From: an uncultured Clostridia bacterium | Lineage (GTDB): Bacteria; Bacillota; Clostridia; Christensenellales; Borkfalkiaceae | Direction of reading: 5' to 3' | NCBI GenBank assembly: GCA_944376445.1 | Contig: CALWCR010000131.1 | Span: 1 to 56,066 of the forward strand | DNA: 56,066 bases | Part shown: one piece after another, positions 37,183-47,289 of the stretch | Position numbering within the stretch: position 1 is the stretch's first letter | How the letters are laid out: every line of letters starts with the position of its first letter | Position numbers and translations under genes: made by a program | The notes under the pieces: model-generated | What the model was told of the DNA's origin: nothing | The model's input: only the letters and a program-made list of their open reading frames with translations | Databases searched by the model: none

Positions 37183-38676
37183 TCACCCTTTGCTCGACGC
37201 AGCCGCCATTTTTCTGACGCTGTCTTTTTCTTTTTCCATCTCGGCAATACTTCTTTCCGGCAACTTATTGGCGCCCGCCCCTTTGGAAGACACTTTGATA
37301 TATGTACCCTCTTTTTTCGCCTTGGCGATCCTTTGCTCGGCAAGCGCGATCTCTGCTTTATACTGCGGCAGCCACTGCGCCTCCGCGATCAGCATTTCAT
37401 CGGTGAGCTGCCATACTTCCTTAGGATTGAGCACCGCCCCGACGAGAGGATCCAAAAGCATCGCCTGCTTCAAGAGACGAACGTCCGCATGGACCGCCGC
37501 TTCTACGGCAAGCCGCTGGACCGACACCGACTGATTGCATACCGCCGCACAACCGAGCGGCAGATCGCCTATCCTCGGCACAGAAATACCGTTCCTGTCC
37601 ACATAACACGGCACTTCTACGATACAGTCGGGCGGCAAATTGGTGATACAGCCGTGATTGACGACATTAAAATGCCCGCGGTAGGTCCTGCCCGTTTCCA
37701 GAGCCTCGATGATATGAGACAGATGCTCGTAGCGATAATTATCTTCCGAATACTTCTTCGGCTCCTCTTTCATCCAATTCGGAAAATCATGCTCGAACCA
37801 ATTTCTTCCTTCCCTGCAGATACGAAGGTATCCGCCCGTTTCGCCGTCGATCCAAGACTCAAACGAGATCCAGTCTTTGATCTCGTCGGGGCGCTTTCTG
37901 TACCACGCAAGATATTCCGAAAGATGCCCGTTGCTTTCCGTCGAATAATATCCGAAGCGCTCCATCATATCGATGCGCACCTTCTCTTTTTCGCGATAGC
38001 GCTCATCCGCCCTGAATTTTTCGAGAAGCACGGGCGTCATTTCTTCCCCGTGATATTTGACGGAAATATACCATGTCTGATGATTGATGCCCGCACAGAT
38101 GATGTCCAGATCTTTGGCTTCGGCTCCCAATACCGCGGCAATGTCATTGATCCCGTTGGTAACGCCGTGACAAAGACCGACCGTATGCACGCCGCCGTAC
38201 TGATTGCAAGCCCATGTGATCATCGCATTGGGATTCGCGTAATTGAAGAGTATCGCATCGGGCGCGGCATATTCTTTTATATCGCGGCAAAATTCCAAAA
38301 CGGCATGGATCCCTCTCTGTCCGTAAAAAATGCCCCCTGCGCAGAGCGTATCCCCCACGCACTGGTCGATCCCGTAGCGCAGCGGGATCTCCACATCCAT
38401 TTCAAACCCTTCCAATCCGCCTATGCGGACGGTATTGATGATGTAATCGGCATCTTTTACCGCCTCTTTGCGATCGAGCGTACTGACGATCCGGATGGCA
38501 AGCCCGTTGGCATCGATGTCGCGCTGTACGAGACGGGTGACCATGGAAAGGTTCTTTTCATTGATGTCGGTGAATGCGATCTCTACATCGCGCAGCTCCT
38601 TCACGGAAAGAATGTCCGTGATCAGATTTCTGGTAAAGCCGATGCTCCCCGCGCCTATTACTGCAATTTTCTTCAT
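37183..38676 (-). CDS. GH4 NAD+/Mn2+-dependent alpha-glycosidase (MelA-like alpha-galactosidase/glucosidase group)
   Basis: Rossmann KIAVIGAGSIGF, QCVGDTLCAGG, NYANP, GLCHG, AGINHQTW, TESNGHLSEY. Confidence 0.95.
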   Translation of the reverse strand: MKKIAVIGAGSIGFTRNLITDILSVKELRDVEIAFTDINEKNLSMVTRLVQRDIDANGLAIRIVSTLDRKEAVKDADYIINTVRIGGLEGFEMDVEIPLRYGIDQCVGDTLCAGGIFYGQRGIHAVLEFCRDIKEYAAPDAILFNYANPNAMITWACNQYGGVHTVGLCHGVTNGINDIAAVLGAEAKDLDIICAGINHQTWYISVKYHGEEMTPVLLEKFRADERYREKEKVRIDMMERFGYYSTESNGHLSEYLAWYRKRPDEIKDWISFESWIDGETGGYLRICREGRNWFEHDFPNWMKEEPKKYSEDNYRYEHLSHIIEALETGRTYRGHFNVVNHGCITNLPPDCIVEVPCYVDRNGISVPRIGDLPLGCAAVCNQSVSVQRLAVEAAVHADVRLLKQAMLLDPLVGAVLNPKEVWQLTDEMLIAEAQWLPQYKAEIALAEQRIAKAKKEGTYIKVSSKGAGANKLPERSIAEMEKEKDSVRKMAAASSKG

Positions 38677-38699
38677 TTTTGTTATTCCTCGCTCAAAAT

Positions 38700-40922
38700 T
38701 TATAGCAATTGATATTTGAAATTCAAAACACCGTTTGATCTACCGGACCCGCCGGGAGTATAGACGATCGACAGCCCGTCGGACGAAGTCACGGCTCTGA
38801 TGCCCGCAATATCTTCGGACACCTCGGAAATGCTGCTTGCCCCATACAAGATCTTGATCTTATGCCTTTCCCCGTACAAATTGGGGTGTTCTTCGTCGTA
38901 TCTTGCCAAAACGGCATACTCTTTCCCCGCCTTCAAATCGACAGGCTCACCCAACTGCCCGTATTCGACGGCACCGATGCCGCTGAACCGAAATACCCGG
39001 CTTACGAGCTGTTTTTTATCGGCGATATCGACGATGCTGAGCGTAACGGGATAAGAATTTGCCGCCTCTTTGACGGCGTAACCGAGTTCCCAAATACGCA
39101 TATCTGCACGAGGCATGAAAGAAAACCCCGCATATCCGGTAAATTGCGTGTCTTCCTCACCGAAATCAAATCCGCTGTACCCGCTCTGCACGGAAGGGCG
39201 GTCGGTACGCAGTTTTTCCGGCGCACTGTACCCTTCGGCACGAAACGCGGGGCGCTCCCCCGTCGGCGCATTGACCGCGACATAACCCAAGCCATACTTT
39301 CCGTAATGCGCGCCGTCCGTATCTTTCCCCGCAACGGCGAGATTGACGGCGGGCTCTCCCGTATCGTCGACCAATGCGATCATCAGCTTATACCAGCCGG
39401 GATCGAGCTGCGGAACGGAAAATTGTGAGCTGACAGAATATTTTTTATACTCCGTACCTTCTTTTTTGACCCAGCCGCGCGCATCGAATGCTTCATCCGT
39501 ACCGAGCACATATTCTTCACCCGTATCCGAAAGGAGATACGCCTTCAACGAATATTTATCGTATACGGTTGCGCAGCCCTTTTGCGCCCAGACCTGCGAC
39601 AAAGTAAACGTATCGCCGCTGTCGGCCGCCGAAGGATAGGTGACGCTCTCGGGCACCAATCTGTAACCGCAATTGACCTGATAATATTCCTCCAGCGTCA
39701 TCCCCGACCACACGATGAAATCTTTGCCCATATACAGATCGCCGGACGGCACTTCGGAAATATTGACTTTTTTATTTTCCAAAACGGAACCGACATACCA
39801 ACCCAATGTGCTCGAATGATAATCCAAGCCCATCTGCACCGCTTGTTGGGTGGTGGTAGGATTGCCGACGACGTTGTTGCCGAAATCCCCGTCTTCGATC
39901 CCGCCCGTGGCCGAACCCCATTCGCCGTGGAAGCGAAGCCGCTGCCAGTTTTCGAGGATCGCCGTCTTATCCGGGCCGTACAGATAATGCTCCCCGCCGA
40001 TAAAACGGCGAAACATATCTATCTGCCCCGTCTGTGCGTTTTCTATCACGCTTTTGATGCCGGGAGCCAGCGTTCCGTCTTCCGCCGCGACGTATTGCCC
40101 GCTCGTGACCGTCGAATACACGACGTTCACGGTAAGCCTCGGATATTTGACCTTTGCGCTTTCATCCAAGAAAATATCCGTATATTGGCGCGACATCCGC
40201 TCCATCGTTTCCACCTGGATCTGACGGATCTCTTCTTCGGACTTTTTATAAAGTTTGCTCTTCGGGTCGTTACGGCATTCGGCATCGTCAAACATCGAAG
40301 TGTGCCATTCGCCCCATTGACCGTATGCCGACATATCGAACTGCGCTATTTTCTCCTGCCAAAGCTCGTTCCGCGCATATTCCCCGGCAAACGCCTTTAA
40401 CAGATTTCCCCACGCTTCCAGCAATTTATCTTCCCAATAATACGGCTCCCACGTCGGATACGGCAAGGTAAAAGCGCCGCCGTACAGCTGCGTGACCCAC
40501 TTGCCGCCGACTTGTTCATAGATATACTGCGGTACATGGATCTGCCCGGGCAAACTCGTGGCGTCCGCCATATGGATGCCGATGCACATATCCAGATCGT
40601 AATCCTGCCACAATTCCAAAAAATTGTCGATGGCGCTGAAATCGTACACCCCTTCCGCAGGCTCCAGCTCCCTCCAGGAAAAATAGTTGGAATAAAGATT
40701 CGTGCTGTAACGGGACATCTGACCGCCGAACACGGCCGTCGTATCCGTATACGGTTTAAAACTATACGCAGTCCATCCCATATTCGGATTTTTGATCGGC
40801 TGTAAGATCTCCTGCGGCCTGTAAGTCACGTCTTCCGCACGGATATTTTCTTCTCCGCCGCGGCAGCCGAACATGAGCGCGGCACATACCGCCGCCAATA
40901 CGATCGCCGTCAATTTTTTCAT
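38700..40922 (-). CDS. Lipoprotein with a clan-A-like (GH42/DUF4874-like) TIM barrel, a DUF4832-like domain and a C-terminal DUF4082-like domain
   Basis: Lipobox MFGC; NPNMGW, FSWRELEPAEGVYDFS, GQWGEWH, HGEWG, CGYRL. Confidence 0.7.
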   Translation of the reverse strand: MKKLTAIVLAAVCAALMFGCRGGEENIRAEDVTYRPQEILQPIKNPNMGWTAYSFKPYTDTTAVFGGQMSRYSTNLYSNYFSWRELEPAEGVYDFSAIDNFLELWQDYDLDMCIGIHMADATSLPGQIHVPQYIYEQVGGKWVTQLYGGAFTLPYPTWEPYYWEDKLLEAWGNLLKAFAGEYARNELWQEKIAQFDMSAYGQWGEWHTSMFDDAECRNDPKSKLYKKSEEEIRQIQVETMERMSRQYTDIFLDESAKVKYPRLTVNVVYSTVTSGQYVAAEDGTLAPGIKSVIENAQTGQIDMFRRFIGGEHYLYGPDKTAILENWQRLRFHGEWGSATGGIEDGDFGNNVVGNPTTTQQAVQMGLDYHSSTLGWYVGSVLENKKVNISEVPSGDLYMGKDFIVWSGMTLEEYYQVNCGYRLVPESVTYPSAADSGDTFTLSQVWAQKGCATVYDKYSLKAYLLSDTGEEYVLGTDEAFDARGWVKKEGTEYKKYSVSSQFSVPQLDPGWYKLMIALVDDTGEPAVNLAVAGKDTDGAHYGKYGLGYVAVNAPTGERPAFRAEGYSAPEKLRTDRPSVQSGYSGFDFGEEDTQFTGYAGFSFMPRADMRIWELGYAVKEAANSYPVTLSIVDIADKKQLVSRVFRFSGIGAVEYGQLGEPVDLKAGKEYAVLARYDEEHPNLYGERHKIKILYGASSISEVSEDIAGIRAVTSSDGLSIVYTPGGSGRSNGVLNFKYQLL

Positions 40923-40940
40923 CCGCCGCCTCCATACCCG

Positions 40941-41990
40941 CTACAAGGTGACCGCCTTGATGAGCGCCTTCGCCTCTTCTTCGCTTCGGCACCAGCAATG
41001 ATACAGCATACCTTCCGGTTCGATATACTTCATGATCTCCACCAGATCTTCGGGCGGGCCGGAAATGTCGATGCACTTCCCCGCCGCCTGTATTTTTTTC
41101 AGCACGTCGATCCAATGTCTGGGAGAGGGCTGTCCCGCCCCGTATACCCATTGCACGGCGTTCAGGTTCTTGAATTGCAGGATCCTGTCCAGATGCCGCA
41201 AGGCTTGCGGCCCGTCGAGATGATAGATACTCTGTTCTAAAAATCCCGTTTCCCGTTCTATCCCGGGAGCTACGAGCTCTTCGTATGCCGACGGGGACAG
41301 CATACAGGAAAAATCACTGCCGACGACATAATGTCTTCGGTCGCTCCACTGTTCCATCCAATACGAAGTCCCGTTGCCGAGAGCAGCGATCTTCTCATAC
41401 AATCTGTCATAAACGATCTTATATACCGCAAAGATCTGCTCGTCAAACTTTTTTAAAAGGTTCGGACATTCGATCGTATCGAAGCACAGCTCTTGCGGCC
41501 CGCGGAGAGATACGAGCGCATCGGTACCCGGATGCAGATCGGTGATGCCCACGACATAGTCATCCCCCGCGTCTTTGCAGGCGGCATCCGTCATCCGCAC
41601 GATCTCCTTCCACCAACGATCGTTTTCATCAAAACGAATATCGGGCAGCGTTTCCCAATCGCGGACGCTGTGTACCGCCCAGGAAGTCTCTTCGCCGAAC
41701 TCCAGACCGCATCCGCAGATCGCCCCTAAAATATCCGGCCCGAGATTGCAGTAGAAGGTCGGGAAAGCCTCCCCGTAGTACGCCGTCCTTTCAAACGCAA
41801 AGCGCTTGGAGCGGATCACATAATCCATATCCAGCCATCGCTCCGCGATCTTTGCCGGCGCAGGCGGCTGTTTGGACCAATCCGCGCCTTCTTTCGGCGC
41901 AACGGCGCATACCAACGGCCTGTCATGATTTTCTCTCGCCCAATATTGGCGCCATTTTTCCTTGACTTTCTCAAAATCGCAATTGATCAT
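40941..41990 (-). CDS. URO-D/MtaA-CmuA-superfamily TIM-barrel protein
   Basis: YWARENHDRP, NLGPDIL, LVSLRGPQELCFD, SDFSCMLSP, YHLDG, VQWVYGAG. Confidence 0.8.
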   Translation of the reverse strand: MINCDFEKVKEKWRQYWARENHDRPLVCAVAPKEGADWSKQPPAPAKIAERWLDMDYVIRSKRFAFERTAYYGEAFPTFYCNLGPDILGAICGCGLEFGEETSWAVHSVRDWETLPDIRFDENDRWWKEIVRMTDAACKDAGDDYVVGITDLHPGTDALVSLRGPQELCFDTIECPNLLKKFDEQIFAVYKIVYDRLYEKIAALGNGTSYWMEQWSDRRHYVVGSDFSCMLSPSAYEELVAPGIERETGFLEQSIYHLDGPQALRHLDRILQFKNLNAVQWVYGAGQPSPRHWIDVLKKIQAAGKCIDISGPPEDLVEIMKYIEPEGMLYHCWCRSEEEAKALIKAVTL

Positions 41991-42003
41991 CGTATTTTTC
42001 CTT

Positions 42004-42028
42004 TTCCGCCGCCGAGACGGCGGCGGAA
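42004..42028. terminator. Intra-operon stem-loop directly upstream of the URO-D-like gene RBS
   Basis: ttccgccgccg-aga-cggcggcggaa, an 11-bp stem. Confidence 0.5.
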
Positions 42029-42034
42029 CACGTC

Positions 42035-44212
42035 TTATGCAAAGACAAAATAGTCTTTATCCGAAGGAGCGGGCGGCGCTTTTTTATTTCCGACTGATAC
42101 CAGCGCGCTTTCACCCAGAGAAAGGTTCACCGAAAACGTCAATTCCTGCCCGTATGAACCGTCCGCGTCGTACACTACTTTTGCCAGGATCTTGATCTCG
42201 CCGAGCTCCGCTTCGTTTGTCACTGTCAAAAGCCCGCTCTTGGTGAGCGTCACGCCCGCCGCCGCATTGACAAGCGAAAATTCGTAACTGTGATTTTCGC
42301 GCAATTCACCGTTTACGTTCAATCCGCTGCAAGCAAGCTGCATCGTAAAAACTTCCCCCTCCGCTCTCGGAACAAACCCGTATGGCTTGCTGTCTACGCG
42401 GATCGTTGAAACGATGTCGGACGGGTCGATCGCCTGCTCGGGCAAACCGTACAACTCGATATCGTCGATAACGACTTCAAAATATTCGGCGGAATTCGCA
42501 TAGAACTGAATGACGCAGATCAAAGGATTATAAATTGCCGTGAACAATTCTATCGGCATACGGACCGTCCCCGAAAAATTGGCAGGGATCTCGATCGCAT
42601 AGTACGGATTCGTCGTAACAATGCCTTCGGAAAAACTCTCTTCCCCGTCCGCTTTCACATAATGCGTTCCCGTCAAAGCCTGATTGAAATACCCGTAGTT
42701 GACGACAAATCCCATGGATACGAAATCATCCTGCGGGTTGGAAACGTGCATCGAAATGCCCTTTGCGCCGTCGAGCGCCGTAAACGTCTTTTGTATGTCT
42801 ATGCGCTGGTTGTCCTGTCCTCCGGACGGTTCGCCGTCAAAATTCATCAACTTCAACGCCTTTCCGCCCTTCCCGTCATCTACAAGTGAAAACGCAGAAT
42901 CGGAACTCCCGTATGAATACAAGCCGTAACCCGCCTCGGCGACGGCGGCGTCGTCCGCATACGAATCGAAGTTATCGAGAGAGACAGTCATCCCGCCGAC
43001 AATGCCGTACAAACAGAACGAATCAAAAATCACCGTATACTCGGCGGCAGGCCCGTAGATCTGAAACACCATATTATCCAGAGCCGTGACGCCGCCGTAT
43101 ACGCTAAACGGCAGCGCGATCTCCCCTTTGAACCCTGCAGGGATCGTCAGCGGATAAAATTCCGACCCGTCCGCGACCGCCTCGGTATATTCTTCGGCGT
43201 TTTCCTCTTTGACGAAGTATGTCTTGCCGAGAACAGGCGACTGCGCGTAATTGATCTGCGGATTAAACGCCAAAGCCGCACCGGAGCGATTTTCCACAAA
43301 CATACTCAACCCTTTCGCTTCGGCTTTGAACGGGAAAGATTTGACAAAATCCGCCCGCTCGCTCTTTGCGGCATTGCTCACCGCAAGCGCTTTCCCTTCC
43401 CCGTAAGAGATGAAAGCCAGCGAAGTTTCCGCGTTGCCGTATTCATACTGCAAATATCCCTGATCTGCGGGAAGCGTATCCACCGCATACCCGTCAAAAT
43501 CATCCAGCACCTCATAATCGTCATTTGGAGCGACGGCTTCCTCCACCGTTTCTTCCGCCGTACCGTATAAAGCGATCTCGTCGATGAATAAGCTGAACGG
43601 TTTGGAAAACGGATCTTCCCCGCCCCATGCGATAAACAGGATCGGGTTAAAGCCCGTAACGGGCGCGTTGAAACTTGCAAACGGAATGCGGATGACGCCC
43701 GAAAATCCGGCTTGGATCTGAATATTATAATACTGCGCTTCCGACGTCGTCATATCCGTAAACACCGTCTCCCCGTCCGCCATCACCTGATAGGGAGCAG
43801 AGGCTTTCGGCATCGGCCCGTATGCAAATTGCGGATAAATGCCGAACGCATCTTCTCCGGGATTTTTGATCCAGAACGAGATCCCCGCATAACCTTCTTC
43901 ATAAGCTATCGTGCTCACGGAAAACGAGGCATTCTCCTTTTGCGCGCTCTCCATCGAAGAAGTCAGCTTCAACGATTTGCCCGTGCCTCCGTACGCATCG
44001 GCAGCATCCGAATTCAATTCGATGACGCTCTTTTCGCCCGCATACGGATAATTCTGATAATTTTCACGCAATGCTTCCGTCGAAGCATACGATTCAAAAT
44101 CTTCCAGCAGCTTATACGCTTCCTCTTCCGCAGCCGCAGAAAAACACGCCAACCCTGCCGCCAGGCAGGCCGTCATCAAGACGGTGAGAAACGCGACGAT
44201 ATACTTTTTCAT
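42035..44212 (-). CDS. Secreted protein with three tandem CBM11/CIA30-like domains
   Basis: Signal peptide MKKYIVAFL...SAAA. Repeats start LLEDFESY, VLDDFDGY, SLDNFDSY and contain GKxL, GISF/M, F(S/K)GxIxIP, IDxIxLYG. Confidence 0.75.
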   Translation of the reverse strand: MKKYIVAFLTVLMTACLAAGLACFSAAAEEEAYKLLEDFESYASTEALRENYQNYPYAGEKSVIELNSDAADAYGGTGKSLKLTSSMESAQKENASFSVSTIAYEEGYAGISFWIKNPGEDAFGIYPQFAYGPMPKASAPYQVMADGETVFTDMTTSEAQYYNIQIQAGFSGVIRIPFASFNAPVTGFNPILFIAWGGEDPFSKPFSLFIDEIALYGTAEETVEEAVAPNDDYEVLDDFDGYAVDTLPADQGYLQYEYGNAETSLAFISYGEGKALAVSNAAKSERADFVKSFPFKAEAKGLSMFVENRSGAALAFNPQINYAQSPVLGKTYFVKEENAEEYTEAVADGSEFYPLTIPAGFKGEIALPFSVYGGVTALDNMVFQIYGPAAEYTVIFDSFCLYGIVGGMTVSLDNFDSYADDAAVAEAGYGLYSYGSSDSAFSLVDDGKGGKALKLMNFDGEPSGGQDNQRIDIQKTFTALDGAKGISMHVSNPQDDFVSMGFVVNYGYFNQALTGTHYVKADGEESFSEGIVTTNPYYAIEIPANFSGTVRMPIELFTAIYNPLICVIQFYANSAEYFEVVIDDIELYGLPEQAIDPSDIVSTIRVDSKPYGFVPRAEGEVFTMQLACSGLNVNGELRENHSYEFSLVNAAAGVTLTKSGLLTVTNEAELGEIKILAKVVYDADGSYGQELTFSVNLSLGESALVSVGNKKAPPAPSDKDYFVFA

Positions 44213-44223
44213 GATCTCCCTCC

Positions 44224-44799
44224 TCACGCTGCGACGCTGAATACGAAATCCACCGGGCCGAGCACGCAATTCTGCGTATTTTTCATAAACGAAACATCAT
44301 ACAGATCTTTTGTCATGACGACGCCGTCGATGGAAAAATACGGATTTGCTGCCGTTGCGGTCTCTTCGCCGTACCAAAAGTCCCCTTTGGCCTCTTTACT
44401 CAGGATATAATACGATATGCCCGCCTCCAAAACCGCCGAATCCGTACCTTTCAATTCGGCATAGACGATCTTGTTCCAAACGGCGTCGGGCGCGGCGGTG
44501 AGCGTTGCCGATGCGACGACAGCTTTCGTCTCATTCAGGATGACAAGCTCGTGGTCCTTCTGCATATGCAGTCCGATCCTTCCGAGCATGGTTACATTCA
44601 AATCGCTTTCCCCGACGGTGATTTTTACCCCGACATATCCTTCATAGTCGTCGACGCCGGACGTATCCAATTGATATGAAGAGAGCATAGTCATCCCCTC
44701 GGGCCGTTTTTCCGCCGTCGGCTCTCTTTCTTTGCCGCAAGCGATAAACAGGAACAGCGCCGAACACAGCGCCAGGCCGACTGCCAACAATTTTTTCAT
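44224..44799 (-). CDS. Small lipoprotein with a single DUF4082-like beta-sandwich
   Basis: Lipobox FIAC; GYVGVKITV...LGR...LEAGISYYIL resembles the C-terminus of 38700..40922. Confidence 0.75.
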   Translation of the reverse strand: MKKLLAVGLALCSALFLFIACGKEREPTAEKRPEGMTMLSSYQLDTSGVDDYEGYVGVKITVGESDLNVTMLGRIGLHMQKDHELVILNETKAVVASATLTAAPDAVWNKIVYAELKGTDSAVLEAGISYYILSKEAKGDFWYGEETATAANPYFSIDGVVMTKDLYDVSFMKNTQNCVLGPVDFVFSVAA

Positions 44800-44814
44800 C
44801 GTCGATCTCCTCCC

Positions 44815-46383
44815 TTATTGTTTGGCATCAAACAGCTCTTGTATGAACGTATATACATCTTTGCCGACGCGGTCCACTTCGGTATCCTTTGCCGCCGCGA
44901 CTTCTTCGGCGATCGCCTCCGTAAACCCGTCCATATCCGACTTATTGATGATATAGTCGGAAAAAATAACGTTCATATTGTAGGTGTGGCTTTGCAGCTG
45001 CGCGTTCACGTCGGCATTTTCGATATAAATGCCCTCTTCCTGCGTCGCCGACCATATGATCTTCAACCCGTCCAATTCTTCACGCGCTTTCTTTGTAAGA
45101 TCTGCGGCTTTCTGCGCGTCCGCTTTGTCGTATACTCTCGTCGGGTTGCTGTATTCGCCGAAAACCTGATAGTTGAATCCCATAATATACAGACCGTTAT
45201 ATCCTTTTACGGCAGGGTCGGCATATTTCGGCATGGTCGTAAGCGTATTGCTCTCTTTATCGAAGGTATAATGGGTCCCCGCTATGCCCGTGCTCGCCAA
45301 CATATAATTGTCGACATCGGCAACGATCCAATCGAAATACTGCACGATCGCCGCCGCATTGCGGGAATTGGAAAAAATATGCACCGCATTATTGATCACG
45401 GTCGCAGGCGCATACCCTATCTCATCCGCGCGATCCTCGCCCAAACCGTTGACAACATTCAAATGCTCGATCTCAGCATCGGGAACGATCTGGCTGAGCA
45501 CGGGATACGCTGTTTCCGCAAAAGAATACCAGCCGATGCACATACCTTGTTTGCCCGCCTGAAAATCCAATTGATTTTGCTGCCAGGTGACGGTATCATA
45601 ATCGGGAGACAAATATCCCTTGACGCGCCACCGCTGGATGGTGGCGATATATTCTTCAAAATTCGGATGGCTCTCTACGCGCACATATTTTCCGTTTTCG
45701 TCCAAATAATCGGTATACGGCAATCCGAACGCACCGCTGAGCCATTTCTGCATCTGAAAATACGGAGCGCGGAACGGGATCATGCCTTCCTCCTTAAACG
45801 CCTCAAATGCCGTTTCCAGCTCCCCGATCGTTTTCGGGACCTCCGTAATACCGTGTTTTTTCAAAACATCCATGCGGATGAACGCCGTATCGTTGGCGGC
45901 GGCGGCGCAGTCGGGGATCCCCATGATCTTGCCTTGATAGGTGACCGCCTGCCAGTATTGCTCGGGGATCTTTTCCAAAAGATTCTTTCCGTATTCCTCC
46001 AACAATCCTGTAAGATCCATCAAAAGCCCCGGCTGGGAAGCATAACTTAAAAAACCGCCCGCGTACATGGAAAATGCGTCCACATCGCTGTTTTCATCCG
46101 CGACGACCATATTGACCTGCTGCGTGTACGAAACGCCCGGATAATACGTAAGATCGATCGCGAGCTCGTTGCCCGTATCTTCTTTGTATTTTTCCTGTAT
46201 CGCGGAATACACCATCACGTTTTCCCCTTCTCTGCCGCCATACACCGAACTCCAATCGGGGATAATGATCTTGAACGCGCCCTCTTCACCCTTCTCTTTT
46301 TCACCGCAGGCCATCATAAGGCCGATAGCAGAAAGCAACATCACCGCCGACAGAAATACTGTCAGGATCCTCTTCGTTTTCAT
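44815..46383 (-). CDS. Sugar ABC transporter solute-binding lipoprotein (LplA-like)
   Basis: Lipobox MMAC; DLTGLLEEYGKNL, GKIMGIP, FIRMDVLKKHGI..PKTIGEL, GIAGTHY. Confidence 0.92.
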   Translation of the reverse strand: MKTKRILTVFLSAVMLLSAIGLMMACGEKEKGEEGAFKIIIPDWSSVYGGREGENVMVYSAIQEKYKEDTGNELAIDLTYYPGVSYTQQVNMVVADENSDVDAFSMYAGGFLSYASQPGLLMDLTGLLEEYGKNLLEKIPEQYWQAVTYQGKIMGIPDCAAAANDTAFIRMDVLKKHGITEVPKTIGELETAFEAFKEEGMIPFRAPYFQMQKWLSGAFGLPYTDYLDENGKYVRVESHPNFEEYIATIQRWRVKGYLSPDYDTVTWQQNQLDFQAGKQGMCIGWYSFAETAYPVLSQIVPDAEIEHLNVVNGLGEDRADEIGYAPATVINNAVHIFSNSRNAAAIVQYFDWIVADVDNYMLASTGIAGTHYTFDKESNTLTTMPKYADPAVKGYNGLYIMGFNYQVFGEYSNPTRVYDKADAQKAADLTKKAREELDGLKIIWSATQEEGIYIENADVNAQLQSHTYNMNVIFSDYIINKSDMDGFTEAIAEEVAAAKDTEVDRVGKDVYTFIQELFDAKQ

Positions 46384-46396
46384 CGTTTTCCTCCCT

Positions 46397-47284
46397 TTAT
46401 TGTTTGACTCCGCCCATCGTCAGCCCTTTGATAAAGAACTTTTGTACGAACGGGTACATGATCAAGACGGGGATCGTGGACAATACGACCATCGCCATCT
46501 TGTACGTTTCATTCGGAATACCCTGTGAAGTATCCGTCCCCGTGCCGCCGCCCGAAACCGACCCCATCAGCAGCACGTCCCGCAGAAAAACCTGCAGAGG
46601 CCACAATTCCCTGTCCTGAATAAAAACCAGCGCATTGAACCACTCATTCCAGCGGAAAAGCGAATAATACATAAACGTGGTCGCCAATGCGGGCAAGGAC
46701 ATCGGGATGACGATCTTGACAAACGCCTGAAAGACGCCGCAGCCGTCGATCATGCCCGCCTCTTCGATCTCGCGCGGCACGCTCAAAAAGAAATTGCGCA
46801 AAAGTACGATCAGCCAGGGCATGATCATGAGCGCGATGATGAGAGACCATAAGCTGTTATACAGCCCCGTCCATTTGACGACCAGCCACGTCGGGATGAC
46901 GCCGCCGTTAAACAGGCCGCTCATGTATGTCACGAACATGATCCACCGCCTTCCCGGCAAAAATGTTTTGGACAGCGGATATGCCATCAATGCCGTAGCG
47001 ACAAGGCTCAAAACGGAACCGACGATCGTGACAAACAAAGAATTTCCGATCGAACGCAAAAACAGCGGCTTTTCAAAGACCATTTCATACGCTTTTAAGG
47101 AAAATTCTTTCGGGATGATCTGCACCCCGTCCCGCAAATAAGCGACCTCACTGGTAAAGGATGTCGTAAACACAAACCAGATCGGCAGTAAGATCATCAG
47201 GATCAATAAAAAGACGATCGCCCGCAAAAGCGCCTGCTCAATAAAATTCCTTGTGCGGAACCTTTTTTTCAATCTGTTTTTCAT
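46397..47284 (-). CDS. Carbohydrate ABC permease (LplC/YtcP-like)
   Basis: AYPLSK, FNGGVIP, IEEAGMIDG, YPFVQKFFIKG. Start is ATG 47284 or GTG 47293. Confidence 0.95.
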   Translation of the reverse strand: MKNRLKKRFRTRNFIEQALLRAIVFLLILMILLPIWFVFTTSFTSEVAYLRDGVQIIPKEFSLKAYEMVFEKPLFLRSIGNSLFVTIVGSVLSLVATALMAYPLSKTFLPGRRWIMFVTYMSGLFNGGVIPTWLVVKWTGLYNSLWSLIIALMIMPWLIVLLRNFFLSVPREIEEAGMIDGCGVFQAFVKIVIPMSLPALATTFMYYSLFRWNEWFNALVFIQDRELWPLQVFLRDVLLMGSVSGGGTGTDTSQGIPNETYKMAMVVLSTIPVLIMYPFVQKFFIKGLTMGGVKQ

Positions 47285-47289
47285 CGCCG

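Noticed and set aside
40941-41990. Calling this gene hemE or a trimethylamine methyltransferase
   Set aside because: No haem or methylamine context; only superfamily-level similarity can be supported.
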